Positions 24,994-35,641 of a stretch of 64,000 nt of DNA are shown here, piece by piece (position 1 is the stretch's first letter; each line of letters starts with the position of its first letter). Origin of the DNA: Clostridia bacterium (lineage in GTDB: Bacteria; Bacillota; Clostridia; Oscillospirales; Acutalibacteraceae); NCBI GenBank assembly GCA_017623575.1, contig JAGAOS010000005.1, forward strand, positions 14,350 through 78,349. Reading direction: 5' to 3'. The position numbers and the translations under genes are program-made. The notes below the pieces were generated by a model, which was not told the origin of the DNA, did not search any database, and saw only the letters and a list, made by a program, of their open reading frames with translations.

Positions 24994-26550
24994 TCAACCT
25001 TCAACTTCTTTTGAGATTTTAGCCAGTTCAAACAAGGAGTTAGCTGAAAAAATATGGCAGTTAATCCAGAAGTTTTCTAATTCTTCGATATTCTTTTTAG
25101 AAGTCCAAAAAGTAGGAATAACACCGCTTTTGGGATCTTGCATTCGGGTGAGCATATCACCGAGGGCTGCAGCCTTTTCATAATACAACCGATTTTTAGT
25201 TAATGAATACATTTTTAAAAATGCTGTCATTATGTTAGATGTACTAGCGTCGATAGGCCAATAACAGAAGTATTGCTCTAAGCCTGCCGGAGAACACACC
25301 TCAGGATTGGCTTTTTTAATCCAAGGAGCAAATTCACCCCATACCACAAATTGGTCTTCAATAAATCTCATAAGTTCTGTTGCGGCATCTATCAACTGGG
25401 CATCATCCGACTTATTATCAACTATATATTTAACCATGTTACTTGCTGATATATTAGTTAAATTATAATAGTTTTCTGTAACGGGACTGTCCTCAAACTG
25501 ACCTTCAAAGTTATATTTATCAAGGCAGGTTTTCTTTAAATATTGAAAATAGTTTTCAACTAAGTTTTTCCATATAGTTTCATTAGTTGTTTTACTGAAT
25601 GCATTTAAAAAACTTAAAATACCAAAATGGGCGCAATAATTAAACTTAACAGGCAAACCGCTTGTTTTAGAAATTTGCAAATACCAACTTCCGTTAGGCA
25701 AAACAGTATCTTTATAATAATTTGCGATAGTCTTTGCGGCATCAAAATACTTTTTGTCGCTTGTTGCTTCAAAAAGTTCTAAATATGCAAGACCTGCACT
25801 TGCAGGATATATGGTCATAATGGTGTCCTTGTAGCCTTCTGCGGCAGGAGCTATTTGGTTTACCTTTTCTGTATTCAAATTATCAAAACAGTACGTTGGA
25901 GGCAGACCACAAAGAGTCGATGGCTCTTTGTATGTAATAGAAAGCATATAATCTGCAACAATTTTAGCAATATCCAATGCCTGTTTAGCGTTTTCAGAAG
26001 ATAATTTAGAATAGGTAATCATTGCGCAAATAATGCTACTAAAGGTTTTAGAAGGATAAACATTATGCGGGAATTCGGGGTCGGGTTTACCATGTTCCAA
26101 CCAATGCTGAATCATAGGTTGTTCAAAAACATATTTAAATGCTAACTCTGCAGCTTCTTTGTAAGAACGAGCTTTCCCGGGCAAATTCTCTCTACCGGGA
26201 AAATAATCGCATTTAAAAAAGGTTCTTGCACCAAGAAGATATGTAGGTTCTCCCTCGCTGTTTAATGCTTCAACTTTAAGGTTAACAAGTCCGGTTGGAA
26301 TTTCAGCCCAAATTGGAGTTAACGGGGCAGATGTCTTTTTGGCTTTAAAGGTATGTATGACGCCGTTTTCATCGGTTGCAGTAAACAAAAATTCAGGTGC
26401 CAGCTCGTTAGGAAGTGAAGGGAAAGAAAAGGCGGGAACAAATGTGAACTGTGATGAATTTACATTCCAAAATGGATTCCCGTTAACTCCACCCGGATGA
26501 ACCGATAGGGTATTATACTCTTGCAAAGCAATTTCTGCATAAGATTTCAT
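24994..26550 (-). CDS. Hypothetical cytoplasmic protein, possibly an (alpha/alpha)6-barrel glycoside hydrolase/lyase-like enzyme
   Basis: 518-aa ORF within the glycan island, with no signal peptide. The helical-repeat character is only my impression and I recognise no family motif. Confidence 0.35.
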   Translation of the reverse strand: MKSYAEIALQEYNTLSVHPGGVNGNPFWNVNSSQFTFVPAFSFPSLPNELAPEFLFTATDENGVIHTFKAKKTSAPLTPIWAEIPTGLVNLKVEALNSEGEPTYLLGARTFFKCDYFPGRENLPGKARSYKEAAELAFKYVFEQPMIQHWLEHGKPDPEFPHNVYPSKTFSSIICAMITYSKLSSENAKQALDIAKIVADYMLSITYKEPSTLCGLPPTYCFDNLNTEKVNQIAPAAEGYKDTIMTIYPASAGLAYLELFEATSDKKYFDAAKTIANYYKDTVLPNGSWYLQISKTSGLPVKFNYCAHFGILSFLNAFSKTTNETIWKNLVENYFQYLKKTCLDKYNFEGQFEDSPVTENYYNLTNISASNMVKYIVDNKSDDAQLIDAATELMRFIEDQFVVWGEFAPWIKKANPEVCSPAGLEQYFCYWPIDASTSNIMTAFLKMYSLTKNRLYYEKAAALGDMLTRMQDPKSGVIPTFWTSKKNIEELENFWINCHIFSANSLFELAKISKEVEG

Positions 26551-26700
26551 AAATACACTTCTTTCTAATGCTTTTTCTAAAGTGATTATAATCCCTAGTT
26601 GTAGGAAATAAAATAGATTTTTTCCATATAAATATATAATTTTTCTACTTTAGTATTGAAAACATAGAGAATTTCTCCTATAATACTTTAGGTGATAAAT

Positions 26701-27510
26701 ATGAAATCCAATAATAATATTTGTAAATTTATAAACTTTGAAAGACAGTATGGAATAAACACCTACAATTTTGTGTATGAACAGATAGCTGCAAACTCCA
26801 CTGATTTTAAAACATCAGACTATTACATCATTTATTTTGTGATAGACGGCGAGGGTGAGCTTATAACCAAAACACAAAAATTCAGTCTTGTTAAGGGTGA
26901 TGTTTTTTTCTCCTTTAAACAAATTCCTTTTAAAATAAATAACACCAAAGCAATTAAATATATGTATATCTCTTTTGACGGATATAGGGTTGATGAACTG
27001 TTTTCGCGATTTTCAATCTCCCCCATTAACTGCGTATATGAAGGCTACAGTAAGCTTGCCGCATTTTGGGAAAACTCTATAGTAAAGGCAAACAAGAAAA
27101 ATCTTGACCTTATAAGTGAAAGTGTTTTGCTTTATACATTAAGCGAAATATCCCCTAAAGAATTAGGCGCAAAACAACACGCAATAAATGAGATAATACT
27201 ATTCATTGAAGAAAATTTTAAGGACAATACCCTTAATTTAGATACCGTAGCCAAGCATTTTGGGTATAACAGTAAATATATATCACGCATTTTTAAGGAA
27301 AATATGGGTACAACATTTTCCTCCTATCTTACTAACATACGATTAAATCACGCTGTTTTTCTAATAGAACAACAGGTAACATTAATAAAAAACATAGCCT
27401 TTCTTTGTGGGTTTAGCGATCCTCTTTATTTTTCAAGCGTTTTTAAATCCAGACTTGGAGTTTCACCAAAGCAATACATTGCCCAAATAGAAAAAGAAAC
27501 TGAAAATTAA
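26701..27510 (+). CDS. AraC family transcriptional regulator
   Basis: C-terminal double HTH (FGYNSKYISRIFKENMGTTFSSYLTNIRLNHA...GFSDPLYFSSVFKSRLGVSPKQY) and an N-terminal cupin-like sensor. ATG at 26701 with an AGGTG RBS. Divergent from the 518-aa gene. Confidence 0.85.
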   Translation: MKSNNNICKFINFERQYGINTYNFVYEQIAANSTDFKTSDYYIIYFVIDGEGELITKTQKFSLVKGDVFFSFKQIPFKINNTKAIKYMYISFDGYRVDELFSRFSISPINCVYEGYSKLAAFWENSIVKANKKNLDLISESVLLYTLSEISPKELGAKQHAINEIILFIEENFKDNTLNLDTVAKHFGYNSKYISRIFKENMGTTFSSYLTNIRLNHAVFLIEQQVTLIKNIAFLCGFSDPLYFSSVFKSRLGVSPKQYIAQIEKETEN

Positions 27511-27525
27511 ATGTTTTTATAAAAA

Positions 27526-27580
27526 CGACATGCGCCTTCAAAAGCTTTTTTACTTTTGAAGGCGCATATCGTTTTAAAAT
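27526..27580. terminator. Bidirectional intrinsic terminator between convergent genes
   Basis: Perfect 15-bp stem atgcgccttcaaaag / cttttgaaggcgcat flanked by A- and T-rich runs. Confidence 0.8.
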
Positions 27581-27597
27581 TATAAATTACTTATTTG

Positions 27598-28299
27598 TCA
27601 AGCTTTTTGTATTTTAATTTTCAATACTTCAGGGGGATTGTTTATTTTAGGAACGGGGTAAACATTGCCTATTCCCCTTGAAACAATAAGTCTGCCGTCA
27701 TAAATTCCACTTGTATATTTTGGCAAAATCCCTTGACCCGGGGCATATGCTCCCCTACCGAAAAGTCTCCACTGACCTCCGTGGGCGTGCCCTGACAGAA
27801 TTAAATCTATTGGTAAATCTTTAATATATTTTGGATAGTATTCGGGATGGTGGCAAAGCAACAGCTTATAGCCATCAAGCTGACTGAAGCTTGTTAAAAA
27901 ATCGGTATCGGGTACCATACCCTCTGCCATACGAAAATAGGCTGAGGTAAGTCCACCTATATTTATACCCTTAAAGCTCACAAATTCGTTATCCAAAAGG
28001 GTTACGCCCGTTTTAATAATATCACCTCTAAGACCCCCCAGATACCCCCACTCGTGATTACCAAGGGAACAAAAAGTAGGCAAAAGCTTAGCCGACTCAC
28101 TTAAAAATTCAAAGCCGTTTTTATACATAAGGTGATTATGAATAATATCTCCACCGCACAAAACAGCATCTGCATTTTCCTGACTTAAAAATTTTAAAAG
28201 AGACTCATTCCGGCAGTTATGCGTATCTGAAAAAAACAAAAGGGTTAAATCCTCTTTAACATCTGCCAACACCCTATATTCGGTTATTTTTAAACTCAT
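27598..28299 (-). CDS. Metallophosphoesterase (calcineurin-like)
   Basis: Signature blocks FSDTHN, GGDIIHN, GNHE, CHHPE and GHAHGGQ. Confidence 0.85.
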   Translation of the reverse strand: MSLKITEYRVLADVKEDLTLLFFSDTHNCRNESLLKFLSQENADAVLCGGDIIHNHLMYKNGFEFLSESAKLLPTFCSLGNHEWGYLGGLRGDIIKTGVTLLDNEFVSFKGINIGGLTSAYFRMAEGMVPDTDFLTSFSQLDGYKLLLCHHPEYYPKYIKDLPIDLILSGHAHGGQWRLFGRGAYAPGQGILPKYTSGIYDGRLIVSRGIGNVYPVPKINNPPEVLKIKIQKA

Positions 28300-28310
28300 A
28301 GCACTTCCTC

Positions 28311-31310
28311 TTAAATTGCATATTTTTCATTAAATGCACGGAAAATCTCCTCAAAAACAGGTTTTATTTCCTCCGGCTCCAGCTTTTGCACCCTGCGGTC
28401 ATAGGTTAAAAGTCCGTTGGTTTCGTCCTCAACATCGCTGACCTGCGTAAGGGCAGTAGCACAAAGTCCCTGATCCACTGCAGGCAAAATTTCATTTTTA
28501 TAAAGAGCCTGCAGGGCGGCAACAAAATCGGCTTTGTTTTCATATTTGCGATAACCGTAGGTATTAACGGGGTTAAAGCTATGTCCGTTGATTTTATATG
28601 AATAACCGCCGAACTCCGACAAAAACAGCGGTTTATCAGCATCGCCCTTAAGCTTTACAGGCTTAAAATAAATATGCTCACTTTTAAAATCGCTCTGCTT
28701 TGGTCTGAACCAGCCTGATGCAGTATCATAAAGACGGGTACTGTCAAGCGACTTAAGGGTTTTATAAATTCGCTCATCATCATACTGACCCCAACCCTCA
28801 TTAAATATGGTGTACTGCACCACCGATGGGTGATTATAAAGATGCTTTATGGTGCCTTCTGCGCCCGCTTCAAAATGGTATTTTCTGAATTTGCTTGCCT
28901 TATGGCGGATTCCCCTTTTTAAACCTATGGTGGGCAGAGCGGTATCAATAATAAAGCTGTATTTTCCTGTGTTTACCATATCCTGAAATACTGCCATACC
29001 ATAATAATCACAATAATAATAGAAAATATCCGGCTCAATTTTAATGTGCTTGCGAAGCATATTAAAGCCTAAGCTTTTCATTCTTAATATATCATTTTCA
29101 AAGCCTTTTTCGGTGGCAGGGGTATAAATACCGTCACTAAAATAGCCTTGATCTAAAAGTCCGTTCCAGAAATAGGGCTTACCGTTAAGGGTCATAAGGG
29201 TTGTATCACCTATTTTTTTACTCTCCACAGTACGCAAAGCAAAATAAGAGCTTATTTTATCCTCACCCGATGTTAGCGTGAAGTAATAAAGATAGGGATT
29301 TTCGGGAGTCCAATTAATTGGATTTTCAATTTTTAAGGTAAACGCTTTACCCTCAAACTCGCAATTGATTTTTCCGTCAGGCGAGGTGATTTCAAGATTT
29401 TTTTTAGCCTCACCGCCCTCTATTTCAAAGGTAATTTCATCAAGCGAAGGGGTCATTTTTAAGGCTTCTATATAATTTTCGGGTCTTGCCTCCAGCCACA
29501 CCGACTGCCATATACCCGTAACGGGTGTATACCACATACCGCCCCGTTTTTTGCGCTGCTTACCATAAGGCAAATCGGGATTAAGATTATCCGTAACTAC
29601 AACCTTTATAACATTTTCGCCCTCAGCCACAAGGTCGGTTACCTCATATTGCGCGGGCAAATATCCATTGGCATTTTTACCAAGAACCTTATCATTAAAA
29701 AATACAACAGAGGTTTGATCCACAGCATCCAAAGTTAAAAAAATTCTTTTACCCACAAAGCTTTGGGGCAGCGTAAAAGCTTTTTTATAAACCAAAACAT
29801 CATTTTTGCCAAAACTTAAATCCTTGCCGCCAAGCCTTGATTCGGGAAGATAAGGCACCGTAATCTCGCCTAAATCTGTGGTCTGTTTTTTGGATGTAAG
29901 ACTAAGCCTCCAATTACCGTTAAGGCATAGAAAATCATCCCTTTTCATCTGTGGACGGGGATGCTCTGCAAAGGGAATTTCGGGGGCATCCTCCTCAAAG
30001 GGGGTGGAAAGGCTTGCCATTTTAATTTTAATTTTATTTTTTTTGCTGAAAATAAGCACCATAACAAGCACTGCCAATGCGGCGATAAGTGCGGCAAAAA
30101 ATATATTCTGATTAGGCACAAAGGAAAATGTGCCATCATTATTCTGTACCGTTTTTGCATTTTGAAGCACCGTTTTACCTATAAAAGGTCCCACTACTCC
30201 GGGAATTAAAACCTGAGCAAAAATTCTTACTCCCTGCAGACTACCCGCCTTGCCTGACGGAGTATTATCCCTTATAACTGCGCCGAAAACAGCCATACCC
30301 GAAAGGTAGCCGCACATCATTAAAAGTGAGCCTACAAATACAGGCAAGGTAGAGGTGAATAATCCTAAAATTATGTAGCCCGCCACAAGCCACAAAAGAG
30401 CAATGATAACAGATGCCTTAAAGCCTTTTTTATCATAAACTCTGCCCCAAAATGCCGTTACCACCGACGCTATGATTATTGCAGGCGCCATAATAAGCAC
30501 ATAATCGTTCATCCCCAAAGATACCTCATAATAAAGTATAAGGTATGGCATAAAAATTTGAATTGAAATATTAAAAATTACAAACAATGCCAAGGGGAAA
30601 TAAAGCGAGCCGTTAGACTTTATGGTCGAGGGCTTAAAGCCATAAAAAATTGATGAAAAGTAACCCTTGTTTGAAGGTGTGATTACAGGCTCTTTGATTA
30701 TAAAAAATCCCAAAATTCCAACAAAAAGCGTAGCGGCACCGATTATGCTGAAAATAAGACTCCAGCTTTGGGATTTATTAAGGTCAAACGCCATAAATCC
30801 ACCAAATACAGCAAGAATTGCCACCAAGGGCATCATTGCATTTATACCCTCAGCCGCTCCGCGATTGGTATTATCGGTGCTATCTGTAAGCCAGGCGTTA
30901 AAGGCGGCATCGTTGGCAGTAGAGCCAAAAAAGGTCATAACGCAATCCAGAATCACCGTAAGGCTTATTCCCACGCTTGCCGCTTGGATTGTGGCAGGAA
31001 TCATTTTGCCTATAATATCGCTTCTAAGCAGTACAAAGCTGAAAATTGAGATTCCCCACAAAATATATCCGCCGCAGATAAAAAGCTTTCGTTTGCCGAT
31101 TTTATCTGACAATGCTCCCATAAAAACGGTGGTGAGTGTTGCTGCCACCGCACTCGCCCCAACCATAAGAGAAATATCCCCTGCCGAGGCGCCAAACATT
31201 TTATAAATAAAAACATTAAAATACATATTTTCAACCACCCAGGCTATTTGACCCATAAGGCTGAAAATCGTAAGCGCCGCTAAAAAGCGACCCGATAATT
31301 TTGTTTTCAT
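28311..31310 (-). CDS. Fusion protein: N-terminal MFS-type transporter and C-terminal GH2 glycosidase
   Basis: A single 999-aa ORF. Residues about 1-430 are polytopic (about 12 TM) and end in the basic linker KKNKIKIK. This is followed by HPRPQMKRDDFLCLNGNWRL (GH2 N-terminal sugar-binding start), TIFNEGWGQYD (acid/base-like) and LFLSEFGGYSY (nucleophile-like). Confidence 0.75.
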   Translation of the reverse strand: MKTKLSGRFLAALTIFSLMGQIAWVVENMYFNVFIYKMFGASAGDISLMVGASAVAATLTTVFMGALSDKIGKRKLFICGGYILWGISIFSFVLLRSDIIGKMIPATIQAASVGISLTVILDCVMTFFGSTANDAAFNAWLTDSTDNTNRGAAEGINAMMPLVAILAVFGGFMAFDLNKSQSWSLIFSIIGAATLFVGILGFFIIKEPVITPSNKGYFSSIFYGFKPSTIKSNGSLYFPLALFVIFNISIQIFMPYLILYYEVSLGMNDYVLIMAPAIIIASVVTAFWGRVYDKKGFKASVIIALLWLVAGYIILGLFTSTLPVFVGSLLMMCGYLSGMAVFGAVIRDNTPSGKAGSLQGVRIFAQVLIPGVVGPFIGKTVLQNAKTVQNNDGTFSFVPNQNIFFAALIAALAVLVMVLIFSKKNKIKIKMASLSTPFEEDAPEIPFAEHPRPQMKRDDFLCLNGNWRLSLTSKKQTTDLGEITVPYLPESRLGGKDLSFGKNDVLVYKKAFTLPQSFVGKRIFLTLDAVDQTSVVFFNDKVLGKNANGYLPAQYEVTDLVAEGENVIKVVVTDNLNPDLPYGKQRKKRGGMWYTPVTGIWQSVWLEARPENYIEALKMTPSLDEITFEIEGGEAKKNLEITSPDGKINCEFEGKAFTLKIENPINWTPENPYLYYFTLTSGEDKISSYFALRTVESKKIGDTTLMTLNGKPYFWNGLLDQGYFSDGIYTPATEKGFENDILRMKSLGFNMLRKHIKIEPDIFYYYCDYYGMAVFQDMVNTGKYSFIIDTALPTIGLKRGIRHKASKFRKYHFEAGAEGTIKHLYNHPSVVQYTIFNEGWGQYDDERIYKTLKSLDSTRLYDTASGWFRPKQSDFKSEHIYFKPVKLKGDADKPLFLSEFGGYSYKINGHSFNPVNTYGYRKYENKADFVAALQALYKNEILPAVDQGLCATALTQVSDVEDETNGLLTYDRRVQKLEPEEIKPVFEEIFRAFNEKYAI

Positions 31311-31423
31311 AATATCAATCCTTTGAAGTTGTTGAGTTAATTATAACAGTTTTTTATCTTTATGTCAAAAACAAAAACAACCGCAATTTAATAAAAAGCG
31401 ATTGTTTTAAGCTAAACATATTT

Positions 31424-31651
31424 TTACCTTTCAGGATAATCATATCCCTTTTTAATTCCAATTAAATAATCAGCAGAAATCTTAAAGAAATTGCATATTG
31501 CCGCAATATCCTCTATAGAGGGCTCGTATTTTCCGCACTCAATATATGAAATTTTACGCTGTGTCATTTTAAGTGCTTTACCAAGCTCGGTTTGGTTTAA
31601 ATCTGCATCTTCTCGCAAATTGCGAATTTTCTCGCCAAAAGAAAGTTTCAT
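31424..31651 (-). CDS. XRE family helix-turn-helix transcriptional regulator
   Basis: 75 aa. LREDADLNQTELGKALKMTQRKISYIECGKYEPS is a classic Cro/C1-type HTH. Confidence 0.85.
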   Translation of the reverse strand: MKLSFGEKIRNLREDADLNQTELGKALKMTQRKISYIECGKYEPSIEDIAAICNFFKISADYLIGIKKGYDYPER

Positions 31652-31679
31652 AATCTCACCCTAAAATATTATATGTTAG

Positions 31680-31722
31680 ATAGAAACTTTCTATTGACAT
31701 TTAGACAGAAAGCGTCTATAAT
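31680..31722 (+). promoter_or_regulatory. Consensus sigma-A promoter with an adjacent palindromic operator candidate
   Basis: TTGACA (31694..31699), a 17-nt spacer, then TATAAT (31717..31722). The palindrome atagaaaCtttctat (31680..31694) abuts the -35. Divergent from the XRE gene. Confidence 0.65.
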
Positions 31723-31752
31723 ATAAGTAAATCTTTTTAGGAGGACTAAAAA

Positions 31753-32166
31753 ATGAAGGAATTTATATTAAAAAACAAAAAAATATCTTGTATTGTTCTA
31801 ATAGCTTTGGCAATTTTATTTGTAGTATTGGCTATTTTGAATTTAACAGGAACCAAACGAGAGGCTTATCAGTCAATGTATGATGCTAATAAAACAATGT
31901 ACGATTCATATATTGATGTAGCAGATAAATATAGTGAATATGGCTATTCAGCAAAAGCCCAAAATTATTATTATAAAGCACAATCCAAAAAAGATGATAT
32001 GGACAAATACCAAGATGAGTTGTCTTCTTTAAATATTGAATTACTCGCCTATGGCATATTAACAGTAGCATCAATCGTAGTTCTTGTTTTAGTATTAAAA
32101 ACCGGCAAAACTAACACTACAGAACAAATGGCGGAAAATACAACACTTTCCACCGAAGAGGTATAG
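31753..32166 (+). CDS. Hypothetical membrane-anchored protein
   Basis: 137 aa with N- and C-terminal TM segments and an AGGAGG RBS. Confidence 0.55.
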   Translation: MKEFILKNKKISCIVLIALAILFVVLAILNLTGTKREAYQSMYDANKTMYDSYIDVADKYSEYGYSAKAQNYYYKAQSKKDDMDKYQDELSSLNIELLAYGILTVASIVVLVLVLKTGKTNTTEQMAENTTLSTEEV

Positions 32167-32168
32167 TA

Positions 32169-32549
32169 ATGAAAAAAATATTATGTATACTTTTAATAGC
32201 TATATGTTTTCTTGGTTTGTGTAGTTGCAGTGCAAATTCATCGAAAGCATCAGATGATGACTATAATAAAACTTATGAAACCGACACAAGCGCAATAACC
32301 AAAAGCGAAGCCGAAGGTCTTGCAACTACAGCTTTATACAGGCAGCTAAAAGCAACTTATCTGTATGTTGACGATTATGATATCTCACAAACAAAATATT
32401 CTATTGCATCAATCACCGGTTCTTCAAAAAGCGGATATGAAGTAAGCGGAACCTATTCATTGTATGATAAATATGGAAATTTTCAAAAACGCAAAAATTT
32501 CTCAGTAAATGTTTCTAGCGACGGAATTGCACGGGTGACCGAACATTAA
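32169..32549 (+). CDS. Hypothetical lipoprotein
   Basis: 126 aa. Signal peptide with lipobox FLGLCSC. Starts 2 nt after the upstream stop. Confidence 0.55.
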   Translation: MKKILCILLIAICFLGLCSCSANSSKASDDDYNKTYETDTSAITKSEAEGLATTALYRQLKATYLYVDDYDISQTKYSIASITGSSKSGYEVSGTYSLYDKYGNFQKRKNFSVNVSSDGIARVTEH

Positions 32550-32553
32550 TAAA

Positions 32554-32610
32554 CCCCATCCTTTGATCGTTTTATTTAAAGAAAGCATCAAAGGATGGGG
32601 ATGTTTTTTA
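32554..32610 (+). terminator. Intrinsic terminator
   Basis: 14-bp stem ccccatcctttgat / atcaaaggatgggg followed by atgtttttt. Confidence 0.8.
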
Positions 32611-32697
32611 TATTTCGTAAATTCTACAACAAAAATTACTTGGATAATGACTATTTGTTAAATACAATAAACACTTAAAAATATCATCCTCAAAATC

Positions 32698-32726
32698 TTG
32701 CCAAATAATTAAATTTATGTTATAAT
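32698..32726 (+). promoter_or_regulatory. Candidate sigma-A promoter of lepA
   Basis: TTGCCA, a 17-nt spacer, then TATAAT. Confidence 0.55.
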
Positions 32727-32759
32727 TAATCAATATATTTAAAATAGGAGAAATGCATT

Positions 32760-34565
32760 TTGGCTATTCCACAGGACCATATTAGAAATTTTTGCATTAT
32801 TGCCCATATTGACCACGGCAAATCCACCCTTGCCGACCGCCTTTTAGAGCTTACAGAATCGGTTGAGCAGAGGGATATGGAGGATCAGCTTTTAGACAGT
32901 ATGGATTTAGAAAGGGAGCGCGGCATTACCATAAAGGCGCACGCAGTTACCCTTTATTACAAGGCTAAAAACGGTGAGGAATACGAATTCAACCTTATTG
33001 ACACCCCCGGTCATGTTGACTTTAACTATGAGGTTTCCCGTTCTCTTGCCGCCTGCGAGGGCGCAGTTTTGGTTGTAGATGCATCCCAAGGTATTGAGGC
33101 TCAGACCCTTGCCAACACCTACCTTGCAGTTGACCACAATCTGGAGCTTTTGCCCGTTATAAACAAAATAGACCTGCCCAGTGCCGACCCCGAGCGAGTA
33201 AAGGCAGAAATCGAGGATATTATAGGCATCCCCGCCGACGAGGCACCGTTGGTTTCAGCCAAAACGGGGCTTAATGTTGAGGAGATTTTAGAAAAGCTTA
33301 TTACCGAAATTCCCGCTCCCGTTGGGGATTCCACCGAACCGCTGAAGGCACTTATTTTTGACTCATACTACGACCCATACAAGGGAGTTATTGTTTACTT
33401 CCGCGTGGTTTCGGGCGAAATAAAGACGGGTCAGACCATTAAAATGATGGCTACCGGCGCAGAATTTTTAACCGTTGAGGTGGGCAGAAAAATGGCAACC
33501 TCTATGGTACCCTGTGATGTTTTAAAGGCAGGTGAGGTTGGATATTTAGCCGCATCTATTAAAACAGTTGGCGATGCCAGAGTTGGTGATACCATAACAC
33601 TTAGCGAAAATCCTGCCGCCGAGCCTCTTGAGGGTTACCGAAAGGTTAATCCGGTTGTTTTCTGCGGTATCTACCCCGCTGACGGTGCGCACTACACCGA
33701 CCTCAGAGAGGCACTGGAAAAGCTTCAGCTTAACGATGCATCCCTGCTTTTTGAGGCTGAAACCTCTCAGGCCTTGGGCTTTGGCTTCCGTTGCGGATTT
33801 TTGGGACTTCTTCATATGGAAATTATTCAGGAACGCTTGGAGCGCGAATATAATCTTGACCTTGTTACCACCGCCCCCAGCGTTGTTTATAAGTTTGAGC
33901 TTACAAACGGCGAGGTTGTTGATGTAGATAACCCCACAAACTACCCCGACCCCGCAACCATTGCCAGCGCCATGGAGCCTGTTGCCGATGTTCACATCTT
34001 CTCCCCCCGCGAATACATTGGTGACATTATGGGTCTTTGTCAGGAAAGAAGAGGCGAATATAAGGACACCCAGTATATGGGCGACCGCGTGGATATTCAC
34101 TATGTTATGCCCATTGGTGAAATTGTTTACGACTTTTTTGATGCGCTTAAATCCCGCACCCGCGGTTACGCAAGCTACGATTATGAGATGAAAGGCTACC
34201 AGACCTCTAAGCTGGTTAAGCTAGATGTTATGCTTGCAGGTGATGTAGTAGATGCACTTTCTTTTATAGTTCACTCTGACAATGCATATGCAAGGGCAAG
34301 ACGAATTGCCGAAAAGCTTAAAGAATTTATTCCCCGTCAGCTTTTTGAAGTACCTGTTCAGGTGGCTGTAGGTGGTAAAATTATTGCCCGAGAAACCGTT
34401 AAGGCAATGCGTAAGGATGTTCTTGCCAAGTGCTACGGCGGTGACATCACAAGAAAGAAAAAGCTTCTTGAAAAACAAAAGGAAGGCAAAAAGCGTATGC
34501 GCCAGTTAGGTTCAGTAGAAGTACCGCAAGAGGCGTTTATGGCTGTTCTTAAGCTCGATGAATAG
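32760..34565 (+). CDS. lepA: Translation elongation factor 4 (LepA)
   Basis: TTG start with an AGGAGA RBS. Contains [36 protein letters not shown] and the LepA-specific C-terminus. Confidence 0.95.
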   Translation: MAIPQDHIRNFCIIAHIDHGKSTLADRLLELTESVEQRDMEDQLLDSMDLERERGITIKAHAVTLYYKAKNGEEYEFNLIDTPGHVDFNYEVSRSLAACEGAVLVVDASQGIEAQTLANTYLAVDHNLELLPVINKIDLPSADPERVKAEIEDIIGIPADEAPLVSAKTGLNVEEILEKLITEIPAPVGDSTEPLKALIFDSYYDPYKGVIVYFRVVSGEIKTGQTIKMMATGAEFLTVEVGRKMATSMVPCDVLKAGEVGYLAASIKTVGDARVGDTITLSENPAAEPLEGYRKVNPVVFCGIYPADGAHYTDLREALEKLQLNDASLLFEAETSQALGFGFRCGFLGLLHMEIIQERLEREYNLDLVTTAPSVVYKFELTNGEVVDVDNPTNYPDPATIASAMEPVADVHIFSPREYIGDIMGLCQERRGEYKDTQYMGDRVDIHYVMPIGEIVYDFFDALKSRTRGYASYDYEMKGYQTSKLVKLDVMLAGDVVDALSFIVHSDNAYARARRIAEKLKEFIPRQLFEVPVQVAVGGKIIARETVKAMRKDVLAKCYGGDITRKKKLLEKQKEGKKRMRQLGSVEVPQEAFMAVLKLDE

Positions 34566-35559
34566 AAGAAAATCTATAATATATACATCTATTTTCGTTT
34601 TAATTATAGCAGTATTAGCAGGGTCTACGCTTTCTCTTAGATCCTGCTTTTCCACTACCATATCCCGAACCTTTTTTGCGGCAGACACCGTTTGCACCAT
34701 AACCGTTTATGACGGCGAGGAGTCTGCGCTGGATGGGGCGGTTGACCTTTGCAACGAGCTTGCAAGCAAATTCACCTGCAAGGATGAAGGCTCCGAGCTG
34801 AGCCAACTTAACAAAAACGGCAAAACCGATAAACCTTCGGATGATTTACTTGATATACTTAATAAAGGGCTTTATTACTCTAATCTTAAAGACGGCATTT
34901 TTGACATAACCGTAAAACCCATAAGTGACCTTTGGGATTTTAAAAACGGTGCTATGCCTGATTCAAAAAGCATTGCCGCCGCACTGCCAAAGGTAGGCTA
35001 TAAAAATATATCCATAAGGAATAATGAAATAATCCTTAAAAATGGCGCCGAGATTGATTTAGGAGCTATTGCAAAAGGGTATATAGCTGACAAAATTAGC
35101 GATTTTCTAATAAAAAATGGCGTGAAATCAGCAATTGTAAACCTTGGCGGAAATGTTACCACAATAGGCAAAAAGGGTAATGAGGAATTTACCGTAGGTA
35201 TTCAGACCCCCTTTGAGGATGGAATTGCGGCAACGGTAAAATGCACCGATATGTCGGTTGTTACAAGCGGAATTTATCAGCGATATTTTAAAAATGGCAA
35301 TGAAATTTATCATCACCTTTTAAACACCAAAACAGGGTATCCCGAACAAAATGAGCTTAATTCGGTTACAATTATCTCCCCCTCTGCTACCAATGCCGAT
35401 GCCCTTTCTACCCTTTGCTTTTTGTTAGGGGCAGAAAAAGGAATGGAACTTATTGAACAAAAAGAAAACACAGAAGCTGTTTTTATTGATAAAAATAATA
35501 AGCTCATACTTTCATCAGGGCTTAAGCAAAATGGTTCTTTAATAGAAATGAATAAATAA
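34558..35559 (+). CDS. apbE: FAD:protein FMN transferase (ApbE family)
   Basis: 333 aa with an N-terminal anchor, [14 protein letters not shown], the [13 protein letters not shown] motif and NADALSTL. Overlaps the end of lepA by 8 nt. Confidence 0.8.
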   Translation: MNRRKSIIYTSIFVLIIAVLAGSTLSLRSCFSTTISRTFFAADTVCTITVYDGEESALDGAVDLCNELASKFTCKDEGSELSQLNKNGKTDKPSDDLLDILNKGLYYSNLKDGIFDITVKPISDLWDFKNGAMPDSKSIAAALPKVGYKNISIRNNEIILKNGAEIDLGAIAKGYIADKISDFLIKNGVKSAIVNLGGNVTTIGKKGNEEFTVGIQTPFEDGIAATVKCTDMSVVTSGIYQRYFKNGNEIYHHLLNTKTGYPEQNELNSVTIISPSATNADALSTLCFLLGAEKGMELIEQKENTEAVFIDKNNKLILSSGLKQNGSLIEMNK

Positions 35560-35641
35560 ACATAATAGGGGATGTTTTTTATGCCAAAGCTTTTTGGAAA
35601 AGAGCTTGCAAAAGCCTAATTATTAAAAGGAGAAGCAAAAT

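Noticed and set aside
35565-35585. ggggatgttttttat after apbE is identical to the 3' half of the terminator at 32596..32610
   Set aside because: There is no complementary 5' arm upstream, so it cannot form the hairpin. It is probably a decayed or chance half-site, and I did not annotate it as a terminator.
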